Positions 8,319 to 16,989 of a stretch of 32,000 nt of DNA are shown here, piece after piece. Below the pieces are notes generated by a model. That model made no database searches, had not been told where the DNA came from, and saw only the letters and a program-made list of their open reading frames with translations. How positions within the stretch are numbered: the first letter of the stretch is position 1; the number at the start of each line of letters is the position of its first letter. The stretch spans positions 2,220,001 to 2,252,000 of the forward strand of contig NZ_CP074694.1 of assembly GCF_018398935.1 (NCBI RefSeq), written 5' to 3'. The position numbers and the translations under genes are program-made. The DNA is from Telmatocola sphagniphila. GTDB taxonomy: Bacteria; Planctomycetota; Planctomycetia; Gemmatales; Gemmataceae.

Positions 8319-9434
8319 ATGTATCGTTTGATGATATTACTGCTCGTCGGGCTGCTTCATGCCGCTTCCGTACGAGCAGAAGAAATAAAGACCTTGCAGG
8401 CCATAGCGGCGGAACTGGCCACCGACGTAAAGGCCGTCTTGAACAAAGAAAACCAGCAAGCGGTTCGTATCGGACTGTTCAGCCCGCGCGGCTCGGCCCT
8501 AGGGGACGCGAACGCCGGACTGTCCATCTGTTCCGCTCTTGAAAAAGAACTGGGGACGCTCGCCAATCCCCAGGCGATCTACGAGATCTCGGGCTCTTTC
8601 TTGGCCGTGGAAAATCCGAGAGATCCCAAACTGACGCAGATTTCCGTGAAACCGGAATTAACCAACACCAAGACGGGCGAAACCGTGAAGGTCTTTCTGC
8701 CCAAGGATCTCTACATCGGTGGCAACACCGATATTGCTCGCATTCTGGGAGTCACGGGCAGAGTACCTTCCGAGAAGGAAGGTACTCAGGTGAGCTACGG
8801 CGAACGCAACAAGAATATTCAGGAACTGCACAAGCAGCCGAGAACCTTCGTTCATGGGCCGGACCACTCGCTGATTTCCTCCTGCCCGGAAAGCCTCTAC
8901 GATGTTCAGATTTTGGTCGGCCGCACACCCGGCAAAGTAGCTCCTCGATCGGCAACGCTCGTGGCCGGGAAAGCTTTTGTCGATATCGCGAAGTCCGAGT
9001 TCTATCAGGTTCGCGTAATCAATCGCTCCAACAAGGAAGTCGCCGTCGCCATGGCAATCGACGGCGTGGATGAGTTTACTTTCAGCGATGTTAAAAAACC
9101 GGACGGCCGTCCGAAGTATTCGCACTGGATCATCGAACCCAAAGGTCAACCCAATGCGGAGGTGACTATTAAAGGTTGGCATAAGGATCTGAATACGCTG
9201 CTTTCCTTTGTCGTCACAGATCTGGGCAAAGGTGCCGCGAGCCGGTTTCCGACAAAAACTTTTGGGAAAGTGGGTACTATCTCGCTGGCGTTCTCGACTA
9301 CTTTTGATGCTCAATCCTCGCGCGGCGGAGTCGAGACCGGCTTCGGTCCCCCCATCGAAGTCAAGCAGAAAGAAGTGCATCGGAAGATCGATACAGCTCC
9401 ACACGAATTTCTAACCATCCGATATCAGAGATAG
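8319..9434 (+). CDS. secreted hypothetical protein
   Basis: This is ORF 8265..9434. I prefer the ATG at 8319 (GGAG 8 nt upstream), which starts the signal peptide MYRLMILLLVGLLHAASVRA. It is probably co-transcribed with 6509..8287. I am not confident of any family. Confidence 0.65.
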   Translation: MYRLMILLLVGLLHAASVRAEEIKTLQAIAAELATDVKAVLNKENQQAVRIGLFSPRGSALGDANAGLSICSALEKELGTLANPQAIYEISGSFLAVENPRDPKLTQISVKPELTNTKTGETVKVFLPKDLYIGGNTDIARILGVTGRVPSEKEGTQVSYGERNKNIQELHKQPRTFVHGPDHSLISSCPESLYDVQILVGRTPGKVAPRSATLVAGKAFVDIAKSEFYQVRVINRSNKEVAVAMAIDGVDEFTFSDVKKPDGRPKYSHWIIEPKGQPNAEVTIKGWHKDLNTLLSFVVTDLGKGAASRFPTKTFGKVGTISLAFSTTFDAQSSRGGVETGFGPPIEVKQKEVHRKIDTAPHEFLTIRYQR

Positions 9435-9442
9435 TTTTTCTG

Positions 9443-9468
9443 GCGAGTCGGAAAGTGATTCGACTCGC
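9443..9468 (+). terminator. intergenic hairpin (possible attenuator or weak terminator)
   Basis: Stem GCGAGTCG (9443-9450) / CGACTCGC (9461-9468) with a 10-nt loop. The downstream sequence is pyrimidine-rich but has no clean U-tract. Confidence 0.3.
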
Positions 9469-9527
9469 TATCCGCTCTCTTGTCTGTTACCATTTCATTT
9501 CCAGTTCTAATTTCCCAGAGTCCACAT

Positions 9528-10463
9528 ATGCGTTCCATTCTTTTTTTCTCTGCACTGATAGCCGTCCTGGGGGCTGTCTCCGCCCTCTTTTCTCAGAGTA
9601 CTGCCACCAAGAAGTATGCCGTGCTGGTGGGGATCAACGATTTTCGAGCGAAGGAAACGTTGGTGTTCGACAACGCTGAGCCCAAACCCGGCCAGGAAGT
9701 GGAGTTGGAGATTGCAAACGGCGTGAAGATGAAGTTTTGTTGGATCCCTCCCGGGAAGGCGACGTTGGGTTCGCCGGAGAGTGAGAAAGATCGCTCCGAA
9801 GATGAGAAAGAGCACGAGTATACGAGCCAGGGGTATTGGTTAGCAAAGCATCCGGTGACGCAGGAGGAGTGGACGGCGGTGATGGGAACGACGCCGTTTT
9901 GGTTTCATAAAGAGGGAGATGGCAAGGATAAAGTTCGTGGTTTGGAAACGGGTCGTTTTCCTGCGGAGCAGGTGTCGTGGGATAATGCGCAGGAGTTTAT
10001 CAAGAAGTTGAATGGGAAGTTGGGATCTGGTTCGTTGCAGAAGCTGTTTGGCACGGGGATGAAACTAAGTTTGCCGCATGAGGACGAGTGGGAGTATGCA
10101 TGTCGTGGTGGGTTAGGAAACAAGCGTGTGTATTATTGGGGGGATAGTTTGAATGGGGACAAGGCGAATTGCAATGGGGAATATCCTTATGGGACGGAAG
10201 CCAAAGGTGAGAACTTGAAGCGAACATCGCGAGTAGGCATGTATGAGAGTAAGGCTCCTCATCCTTGGGGATTGTGCGATATGAGTGGTAATGTTTTTCA
10301 GTGGTGCGAGAATAAGTTCGACGCCACGGGCTCGGTCCGGGATGTCCGCGGCGGGAGTTGGATCAGCAACGCCGGGTACTGCCGGTCAGCGTACCGGAAC
10401 GGGGGCGATCCGACGGACCGGTCCAACATCCTGGGCTTCCGCCTCGCAGTTGCAAATCGGTGA
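9528..10463 (+). CDS. exported FGE-sulfatase-fold (SUMF1/EgtB/PvdO family) domain protein, probably non-catalytic
   Basis: ATG at 9528 starts the signal peptide MRSILFFSALIAVLGAVSALFS. FGE-fold motifs are present: MKFCWIPPGKATLGSP, HPVTQEEWTAVMG, WEYACRGG, GNVFQWC and VRGGSWISNAGYCRSAYR...GFRL. It keeps only one of the two catalytic Cys positions of human FGE (MCHRSYC). Confidence 0.85.
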   Translation: MRSILFFSALIAVLGAVSALFSQSTATKKYAVLVGINDFRAKETLVFDNAEPKPGQEVELEIANGVKMKFCWIPPGKATLGSPESEKDRSEDEKEHEYTSQGYWLAKHPVTQEEWTAVMGTTPFWFHKEGDGKDKVRGLETGRFPAEQVSWDNAQEFIKKLNGKLGSGSLQKLFGTGMKLSLPHEDEWEYACRGGLGNKRVYYWGDSLNGDKANCNGEYPYGTEAKGENLKRTSRVGMYESKAPHPWGLCDMSGNVFQWCENKFDATGSVRDVRGGSWISNAGYCRSAYRNGGDPTDRSNILGFRLAVANR

Positions 10464-10640
10464 ACCAGTCGAGTGAGGCTAATCGCGTACAGTGGCCGAG
10501 TACGATGTCTCGAAAAAGATCCTCGCTTGACCCAAGAGATTTGCTAGGCCCAATGTGAACCGTCTTGAGTCAGGTTTTGAGTGCCTAGATTGTTCGAACA
10601 GGATGCTGGAGAACGACCTCGGCTCATTCGGATTTTACTG

Positions 10641-10689
10641 AAATAAAAACGCGAGAAGCCGATGCGACCACTGCATCGGCTTCTCGCGT
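10641..10689 (-). terminator. strong intrinsic terminator of Cys-rich gene copy B
   Basis: 17-bp stem ACGCGAGAAGCCGATGC/GCATCGGCTTCTCGCGT, then a U-tract on the minus strand. Two base pairs differ from copy A and both changes are compensatory. Confidence 0.85.
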
Positions 10690-10713
10690 GTAGGGAAGAT
10701 CGGTCGACTGAAA

Positions 10714-11010
10714 TTAATAGTGAGTCGGCACTTTGATGTACTTTGTCACATGGCGTTCCTTCGTGACCTTCACCTGAATCTCCCGATATCGGGTCACATG
10801 GGTTTCGTAGGCCTTGCCGCAGTGATCGTACTGCGTGATGCAAGCCTGGTAAGGAACCTGACGGGTTTCATAGCAAATCACCGGTTCGCAAACCGTGATC
10901 TTTTTCAGCACGTAACCGCAGCCGCATTCGTCGGCTTTAGCCGAGCTTCCGAAAGACATTCCCAGAACGCAGACGGCCGCCGCACAGCTCAATTTGAGGA
11001 CTCGAAACAT
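10714..11010 (-). CDS. small secreted Cys-rich protein, copy B
   Basis: Mirror image of 3636..3932 with the same RBS and ATG. There are 9 conservative substitutions relative to copy A, and all Cys are conserved. Confidence 0.8.
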   Translation of the reverse strand: MFRVLKLSCAAAVCVLGMSFGSSAKADECGCGYVLKKITVCEPVICYETRQVPYQACITQYDHCGKAYETHVTRYREIQVKVTKERHVTKYIKVPTHY

Positions 11011-11432
11011 GATACTCACTCCTGAATTGGATTTTTGTTTTTGGGTTTTTATCACCCTCTCGTCCTCTGAAACGGGACCGCCGCGAAAATCTTCCCCAGA
11101 AAAAAAACTTTTTGGAATCGATGCCCTTTGGGAGGGAGCCGTAGCACTCGGAGGAGCCCACGTTCTGGGGAAGAGAGTTCTGCCATCGAGTGGCTCGGCG
11201 ATTTCGTGAGATCTCCTATTTGTCCTCCCAGGGATCGAGACCTAAGGGATTCTCTGTACGCCTTTGCCAGCCAGAGCTGGAGGCCTCTCACATTTTAATA
11301 AACAAAACTTAATCTAGTGGTTTTTGAGAAGATTCTGAACAGAGACCCGTTAAGGTGGCAGAGCCATACGAAAATGGCCCTTTCGAGATCTCAGCAGACT
11401 CGAAAAAATCTTCTTTTGTCAGGAGTTCGAAA

Positions 11433-11906
11433 ATGGGTACCCGTGCCAGAATTCTCTCTTTGGTCTTGGTGATCAGCTCAATGTTCGGTGTCTTCTCGGC
11501 GGCCACGGCCGGCGATGCTCACGCCTCCCGGCAGTACTACGGCAACTGGAAACAGCATTCCAGCAAGTCCTACTACTACCGAACCTATTACTACAAGCCC
11601 AGCCCGACCTACTCCGGCTACAAGCACCACTACGTGATCTACCATCCCTCCAAACCCAAATACTACTATTACTACAACTCTTACAACAAAACCTACTGGG
11701 GCCGCTGCCCGGTGAAGACCGAAGGTAAAGGCGAATACTCCCTGCTGGCCGAAGCGGATCGCAAGGGCAGCCTCGAAGAGATTCCCGAGAAGGCGTTCCC
11801 TCCCATGGGCAAGCTGCCCCAACTCCCGGAAGCCACCGACGATACTACTCTGGATCTGCCGCCCGACGATCTGCCAACCACCGAAAAGATCCCCGAGAAA
11901 AACTAA
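11433..11906 (+). CDS. secreted tyrosine-rich low-complexity protein, copy B
   Basis: ATG at 11433 follows AGGAG. The 157-aa product is identical to copy A. Confidence 0.75.
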   Translation: MGTRARILSLVLVISSMFGVFSAATAGDAHASRQYYGNWKQHSSKSYYYRTYYYKPSPTYSGYKHHYVIYHPSKPKYYYYYNSYNKTYWGRCPVKTEGKGEYSLLAEADRKGSLEEIPEKAFPPMGKLPQLPEATDDTTLDLPPDDLPTTEKIPEKN

Positions 11907-11925
11907 ATCCGCTAAAATTAAATCC

Positions 11926-11958
11926 GCCGGCCTCTCGAATCGGAGGCCGCTTTTCGTC
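11926..11958 (+). terminator. intrinsic terminator of Tyr-rich gene copy B
   Basis: Hairpin GGCCTCTCGAATCGGAGGCC at 11929-11948, followed by GCTTTTCGTC. Confidence 0.65.
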
Positions 11959-12010
11959 TACCGCTTCATAGTACACTCATGAGCAAACGGTCCGGTTCGA
12001 GGTAACTTCC

Positions 12011-14182
12011 ATGCGTTGGTTTTTATCCTTTTTATTACTGTCTCTGGCTGGCCCGTTCTTCGCGCAAGAGGGCAAACGATATGCAATCATCGTGGGCATT
12101 AATGAATATCAGCATTCCAAGTTAGGGAAGCTCAATTGTGCTATCAACGATGCTACCGATCTCGGGAAAATTCTCAGCAACGATGGCTATCTCCTGACGC
12201 TGCTCACTAATAACACTGCAATTAAGCCGACCAAAGCGGAAATCGATAGAGCCATCGAGAGCGTCTTGCAGAAGGCCAAGCCCCAGGACACGGTATTAAT
12301 TGCCCTCTCCGGGCATGGTTTGCAATTCGATAAAGAAGCCTACTTCTGCCCGATGGACGCTAAACCATTTCCCGATGAGAGTAGAACTCTCGTCTCTCTG
12401 AATGGCATTTATAATCAATTCGACAAGTCCTTCGCGGGCGTCAAGGTCTTATTCGTGGATGCTTGCAGGGATGACCCAGATCCGGCCCGGAGCGTAAGTA
12501 AAGGAATCGACGCGGATAGTGCTCCGGAACCTCCCAAGGGTGTAATGGCCATGTTTAGTTGCTCGGCCCGGCAACGTTCCTACGAAGATCTGGAACGCAA
12601 GCATGGAGTTTTCTTCCACTATGTGATTGAAGGACTGACCGGCAAAGCGGTTAATGCCGATGGCGAAGTGACCTTCACTCTCCTTAACGATTATGTGGCA
12701 AAGCGGGTCAATCCCCGAGTCTTGGAGTTATACAAAGGGGCCCAACAGATCCCGAACATGGTGGCTCGAACGGTGGGAGCCTCACCGGTTTTAGTGAACG
12801 AGGAGAACAATAAGATTGCCCGGGAACTGCTCGAGCGATCCTCCTATCCGGGAGGGGGTAAAAAATATATCGAGGATCATAAAGATCGCATTTCTGCCTG
12901 GAAAAAGGCAGCGGAAAAAGGTAACCCAGCAGCGATGACGATGGTCGGCACTTTACACAACAATGGCATAGAAGCGACCAAAAGCAACGCTCAAGCCCTG
13001 GTCTGGTATCGCAAAGCAGCCGAACGGGGGGAAAGTAATGCAATATATTTGGTCGGAGTAGCTTATTTACATGGATACGGCGTAGCCAAAGATGAAGTCG
13101 AAGCGGTGAAATGGTTCAAAAAAGCGGCGGATGCTAAGCTTCCAACCGCGATGTGGCAGCTAGGTGAATGCTGTGCCAATGGTCGAGGTGGATTAAGCAA
13201 AGACGATGCAGAAGCCCTCAAATGGTACAAAAAAGCTGCCGAAGCGGGGAACACTCCAAGTATGATCAGGCTAGGAAATATGTGCCGTGATGGAAGTGGA
13301 GGTCTGACCAAGAACGAGACCGAAGCCGTCAACTGGTACAAAAAAGCCGCTGAAGCTGGAAATTCTGCTGCTATGAGCGATCTGGGTTTCATGTATGCCA
13401 ACAGCCGGGGCGGACTTACAAAAAACGATGTCGAAGCGTTTAAATGGTACAAACAAGCCGCCGAAAGGGGTAGCTCTTCGGGGATGAACCATTTGGGTTT
13501 CATGTATCGCGACGGTCGAGGTGGAATGGCAAAGGATGAAGTGGAAGCCGTGAAATGGTTTAAGAAGGCGGCCGAGGCAGGGAACGCCCAAGGTATGCAT
13601 AATCTTGGTAACATGTTTGCCAATGGCCGGGGAGGGTTATCCAAAGACGACGTCGAAGCTGTCAAATGGTACAAAAAAGCGGCCGAGGCCGGAGAGCCTT
13701 TGGCCATGTCCCATCTAGGTTTACTTTTTGAAAAGGGGAATGCCGGATTGACGAAGGACGATGTTGAAGCTGCCAAATGGTACAAAAAAGCGGCCGAACT
13801 AGGAAATGCTGTCGCGATGGAAAGCATTGGTTTCCGGTACGAAATGGGGCGTGGCGGATTGACCAAGGATGATGTCGAAGCTGCCAAATGGTACAAAAAA
13901 GCGGCCGAACTAGGAAATGCTGTCGCGATGTCCAATCTGGGTAACATGTACCGCGATGGACGAGGAAGCTTGCCGAAGGATGACTTAGAGATGATCAAAT
14001 GGTATCGGAAGTCCGCTGAGGCGGCGGATGACGGCGGCATGGCCAACCTGGGCTGGGCCTATCAAAATGGCCGAGGAGTTACTCGAGATCAAACAGAAGC
14101 AATCAAGTGGTATCGAAAAGCGGCCGCTAAGGGGAATGAATTTGCCAAAGACAAACTCAAAGCTCTTGGGAAAAACTCCTAA
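12011..14182 (+). CDS. exported caspase-like peptidase (C14 family) fused to about 12 Sel1 (TPR-like) repeats
   Basis: Signal peptide MRWFLSFLLLSLAGPFFA. The caspase fold starts at KRYAIIVGINEY. The catalytic dyad context is present: LSGHG (His codon 12314-12316) and FVDACRD (Cys codon 12464-12466). This is followed by 37-aa repeats of the form (A/V)xKW(Y/F)KKAAEAGNxxAMxxLGxMYxxGRGGLxKD. Confidence 0.9.
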   Translation: MRWFLSFLLLSLAGPFFAQEGKRYAIIVGINEYQHSKLGKLNCAINDATDLGKILSNDGYLLTLLTNNTAIKPTKAEIDRAIESVLQKAKPQDTVLIALSGHGLQFDKEAYFCPMDAKPFPDESRTLVSLNGIYNQFDKSFAGVKVLFVDACRDDPDPARSVSKGIDADSAPEPPKGVMAMFSCSARQRSYEDLERKHGVFFHYVIEGLTGKAVNADGEVTFTLLNDYVAKRVNPRVLELYKGAQQIPNMVARTVGASPVLVNEENNKIARELLERSSYPGGGKKYIEDHKDRISAWKKAAEKGNPAAMTMVGTLHNNGIEATKSNAQALVWYRKAAERGESNAIYLVGVAYLHGYGVAKDEVEAVKWFKKAADAKLPTAMWQLGECCANGRGGLSKDDAEALKWYKKAAEAGNTPSMIRLGNMCRDGSGGLTKNETEAVNWYKKAAEAGNSAAMSDLGFMYANSRGGLTKNDVEAFKWYKQAAERGSSSGMNHLGFMYRDGRGGMAKDEVEAVKWFKKAAEAGNAQGMHNLGNMFANGRGGLSKDDVEAVKWYKKAAEAGEPLAMSHLGLLFEKGNAGLTKDDVEAAKWYKKAAELGNAVAMESIGFRYEMGRGGLTKDDVEAAKWYKKAAELGNAVAMSNLGNMYRDGRGSLPKDDLEMIKWYRKSAEAADDGGMANLGWAYQNGRGVTRDQTEAIKWYRKAAAKGNEFAKDKLKALGKNS
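13745..13930. repeat. two adjacent, almost identical 111-bp Sel1 repeat units
   Basis: 13766-13819 and 13877-13930 are 54/54 identical. The flanks differ at only a few positions. Both encode ..VEAAKWYKKAAELGNAVAM.. Confidence 0.9.
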
Positions 14183-15290
14183 TTGGCTCTGACAGGAGGA
14201 GCGAAAAGATGAGGAATGCTCGAAGAATATGACTCTTTCTTCCATTTTGCAGAGCCTCGAAGAAGTGAATTGCAATTCCCAGTCAAGTTTCGTCCTTTGT
14301 CCCAATTGTTAGGCAGCAAATTGGGAAGCGGTCCGATCGACGTAATGAAAGGGCTCAGGAGGACGACTGGAAATACTCCCAAGGCCAGATTTTGTGAGAC
14401 AACCGGGTCTGGTGTAGCTGGATAGAGTCACGAGGGTTCTTCGACTTAATCCGAGCCAAAATCCTTTTGAGTATTACAGAGGTTTAGAGGGAATCGTTTT
14501 TCCAGTCGTTGACCACTACTCCTGCATTAATCGCGAGTGACTGCCAATTTTCCCGCCTGGAAACTCTGCCAAACCGGTTAACACATCGGAGAGATTTTGG
14601 AGTTCGAAAAGTGATGCACCCGCACACCACAATTGACACGACCCAAAGTGCCCTACCTCGCTTCGATTCACACAAATCGCCGTAAACTATTGCAAGTAAA
14701 AGATTTGTACCCTGCTCTTCAAAACGACTCTCGCCAACTTTAGAGTAGTTCTCCAAGAAATGTGACGTTCGGAGCGCTTATCACTTTTCAAAGGAATATC
14801 CAATTCTTAACTACTCAACACATCAAAGAGAATTCCTCCGCTTGCCCAAAATCTGCATCTTCCCCGAAATATACACACTATTTCGCGTATTCGCGATTCT
14901 CTACTCCGCGCTCCATTGCGCAGAGAATCTTTCGGGGCTCCGTGTGTAAAGGCCTTGATTTTTTCGAAGTGCTGCTTTTCGATAGCGCGCTTGCTGACTC
15001 TAAATTATTCTACCGAGGAGTTAATACTCGTTGATCGAGGGCGAACAGTGGAAGGAGACAAGTCATAAGTTGTCATATGATTTAACTTTGTGAAATCTGA
15101 AAATGCATAATCCGGATTCAACTACATTGTTTGAGCACAATTGATCCTTAGCTCTGCAATTTTTTTAGAGTTATTTGCATAAGTGCGCTAAAGGGTGCAA
15201 TCTGAATCAAGTGAGTATCGCTGATTCTGCTTCGTATCACTTCAATTAATAATTGAGACTGAATCCGTCGGTGGGCCAATGTGAGTCAGC

Positions 15291-16169
15291 CTATGTCCAC
15301 CGAATCGGCAACTGAAGGCGAATCTCGAAGTACTCCGTTCCATGACCGAATGGACGGCCAATCCAAGCTTCGAAACAAGGATGATCGTCCAGTACGAATC
15401 CGCTTCGAGGCAGCCAAGAACCATAGAGCCATTGCAGCGCCCGAATTTCCAAATCGATTCCGCCACGTATCTCAACCTCTGCGACGATCATCGGCGGGAA
15501 CTTAAATTGTCCCACCTCCCCTCTTGCGGTGAATCCTTCGGCTTCAACTGCAATATGGTAACGACAATCCTCCAAGGGAGTGATCTCGGGATTTTCCCAT
15601 TGATAACCCAACCATTGTCCGTTGCTGTAACCTCGGAGTTCGGCCCAGTTAATCAGTCGATCCGCAGCTTTGACCACCGCATTGCTCTGATAAGGCCTGG
15701 AAACCCGAATGTAAGCGACGGTTCGAGCCGAAAGGTCTCGGATTCGCACCTTGAATTTCTCCGGATTCAAACGAGAGGGAAGTCGCTTCAGCTGACCGTT
15801 CGGCGAATCTTGTTCCACAATCCGATTCAGCTCGTTGCCGCGTGCCGTTCGCCAGCCGCCGATGTCAAAAGCACTGGGTGCCACACCAAAGCGTTGTTTG
15901 AAACTTCTGGTGAAGTCTGAAGACGAAGAAAAACCACACCTCAGGGCAATCGAAGTCAATGACATTACGGGTTTGCGATTCATCAGGCCAAGCGCTTTGT
16001 CTAGACGAAGTCGCTTCACAAAATCGGCGGGCGTTTCACCGACCAGGGCCTGGAAAACTCGGTGGAAATGAAAAGGTGAGATTCGGGCGACGCGTGCGAG
16101 ATCGTTTAGTCGCACGGGCTCCTCGAGATGGGTAACAATATGGTCGATGGCCCGATTGATCCTCTCCAT
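15291..16169 (-). CDS. AraC-family transcriptional regulator with a C-terminal GyrI-like effector-binding domain
   Basis: This is ORF 15291..16214, which opens on TTG; I prefer the ATG at 16169 (MERINRAIDHI). The AraC HTH is visible: LNDLARVARISPFHFHRVFQALVGETPADFVKRLRL ... IALRCGFSSSSDFTRSFKQRFGVAPSAF. The C-terminal half resembles a GyrI-like domain. Confidence 0.85.
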   Translation of the reverse strand: MERINRAIDHIVTHLEEPVRLNDLARVARISPFHFHRVFQALVGETPADFVKRLRLDKALGLMNRKPVMSLTSIALRCGFSSSSDFTRSFKQRFGVAPSAFDIGGWRTARGNELNRIVEQDSPNGQLKRLPSRLNPEKFKVRIRDLSARTVAYIRVSRPYQSNAVVKAADRLINWAELRGYSNGQWLGYQWENPEITPLEDCRYHIAVEAEGFTARGEVGQFKFPPMIVAEVEIRGGIDLEIRALQWLYGSWLPRSGFVLDDHPCFEAWIGRPFGHGTEYFEIRLQLPIRWT

Positions 16170-16302
16170 GTAAGTCGCAGTCGTATTAATTCGGCTTTTC
16201 TCGGAAATTCGCAAGATTTGGAAAGCCCTCCCCTTTACTGCCGTTATGATGTTCGCTTATGGGCCTGCATTAAATGCGGCCGAGTCAAACCTGGAGCCAT
16301 AA

Positions 16303-16788
16303 ATGAATAAAACCATTGTAGGCCTGATGCTTTGTTTTTTCGTCGGTTGCGCCTCCAGGAGCGATCCGAAATCTGGCTCAGGCGATCCTAAGGGAAAAAC
16401 CAGCATGCGTCTCGGAAACTTTTCAGTCAGCCTCGCTGTCAAAGATCTCAAAGCCTCTCGTGAGTTCTATGAAAAATTAGGGTTTAAAGTGGTGGGCGGG
16501 AATGGCCGCCATTTTTCCATTCTTCAAAACGAAAGTGCTACGATTGGCTTATTTCAGGGTATGTTCGACAAAAACATCCTGACCTTCAATCCAGGTTGGG
16601 ATCGCGCTTGTACCACGCTATCCGAGTTCGACGATGTTCGGGATATTCAACGGGTATTCTTGAATAGCGGCCTGGCTTTAACCACAAAGGCCGACGAGTC
16701 GACTTCAGGTCCGGCAAGTTTCACGCTGGTCGATCCGGACGGCAACCAGATCCTCATCGACCAACACGCACCGAGCCCGAGCAAATAG
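16303..16788 (+). CDS. VOC / glyoxalase-bleomycin-resistance family lipoprotein
   Basis: Lipobox-like signal MNKTIVGLMLCFFVGCAS. VOC-like core: FSVSLAVKDLKASREFYEKLGFKVV ... FTLVDPDGNQILIDQH. It is divergent from the AraC regulator. Confidence 0.75.
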   Translation: MNKTIVGLMLCFFVGCASRSDPKSGSGDPKGKTSMRLGNFSVSLAVKDLKASREFYEKLGFKVVGGNGRHFSILQNESATIGLFQGMFDKNILTFNPGWDRACTTLSEFDDVRDIQRVFLNSGLALTTKADESTSGPASFTLVDPDGNQILIDQHAPSPSK

Positions 16789-16989
16789 TGCTCGATTTCA
16801 GTCTGATCGGATCAAGCTTGGCAAATCGTTCCCTATTTCAAAGAACTCGGGTGATTTGCGGCATTTTCTGGCTGATACCGATCGAGAGGAACTTGGAATG
16901 ATTGGTTTGGAATCTGCATCGATTCCGCTTATTATCAACCAGTCTCATTACTGAATCTGAAGCGAGACCTGGAAAGAAAGCGAGTCGAG

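Larger units (their letters stand above)
10645..11955. repeat. right arm of the large inverted duplication (partner 2706-4000)
   Basis: See the left arm. This arm carries an extra 15 bp (11911-11925, GCTAAAATTAAATCC, which duplicates TAAATCC) between the stop codon and the terminator. Confidence 0.95.

Noticed and set aside
8658-9404. 248-aa antisense ORF (with similar ones at 6530-7177 and 7298-7804)
   Set aside because: These are shadow ORFs opposite well-supported plus-strand genes that have signal peptides and heme motifs.
13063-14046. 327-aa ORF antisense to the Sel1 repeat region
   Set aside because: It is the mirror frame of a highly periodic repeat (recurring ..SAAFLYHL..ASTSS..). 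The sense strand carries clear caspase and Sel1 motifs, a signal peptide and a proper ATG. This is an antisense shadow ORF.
15342-15920. 192-aa ORF antisense to the AraC/GyrI regulator
   Set aside because: The minus-strand product has a textbook AraC HTH. The plus-strand ORF has no recognisable features.
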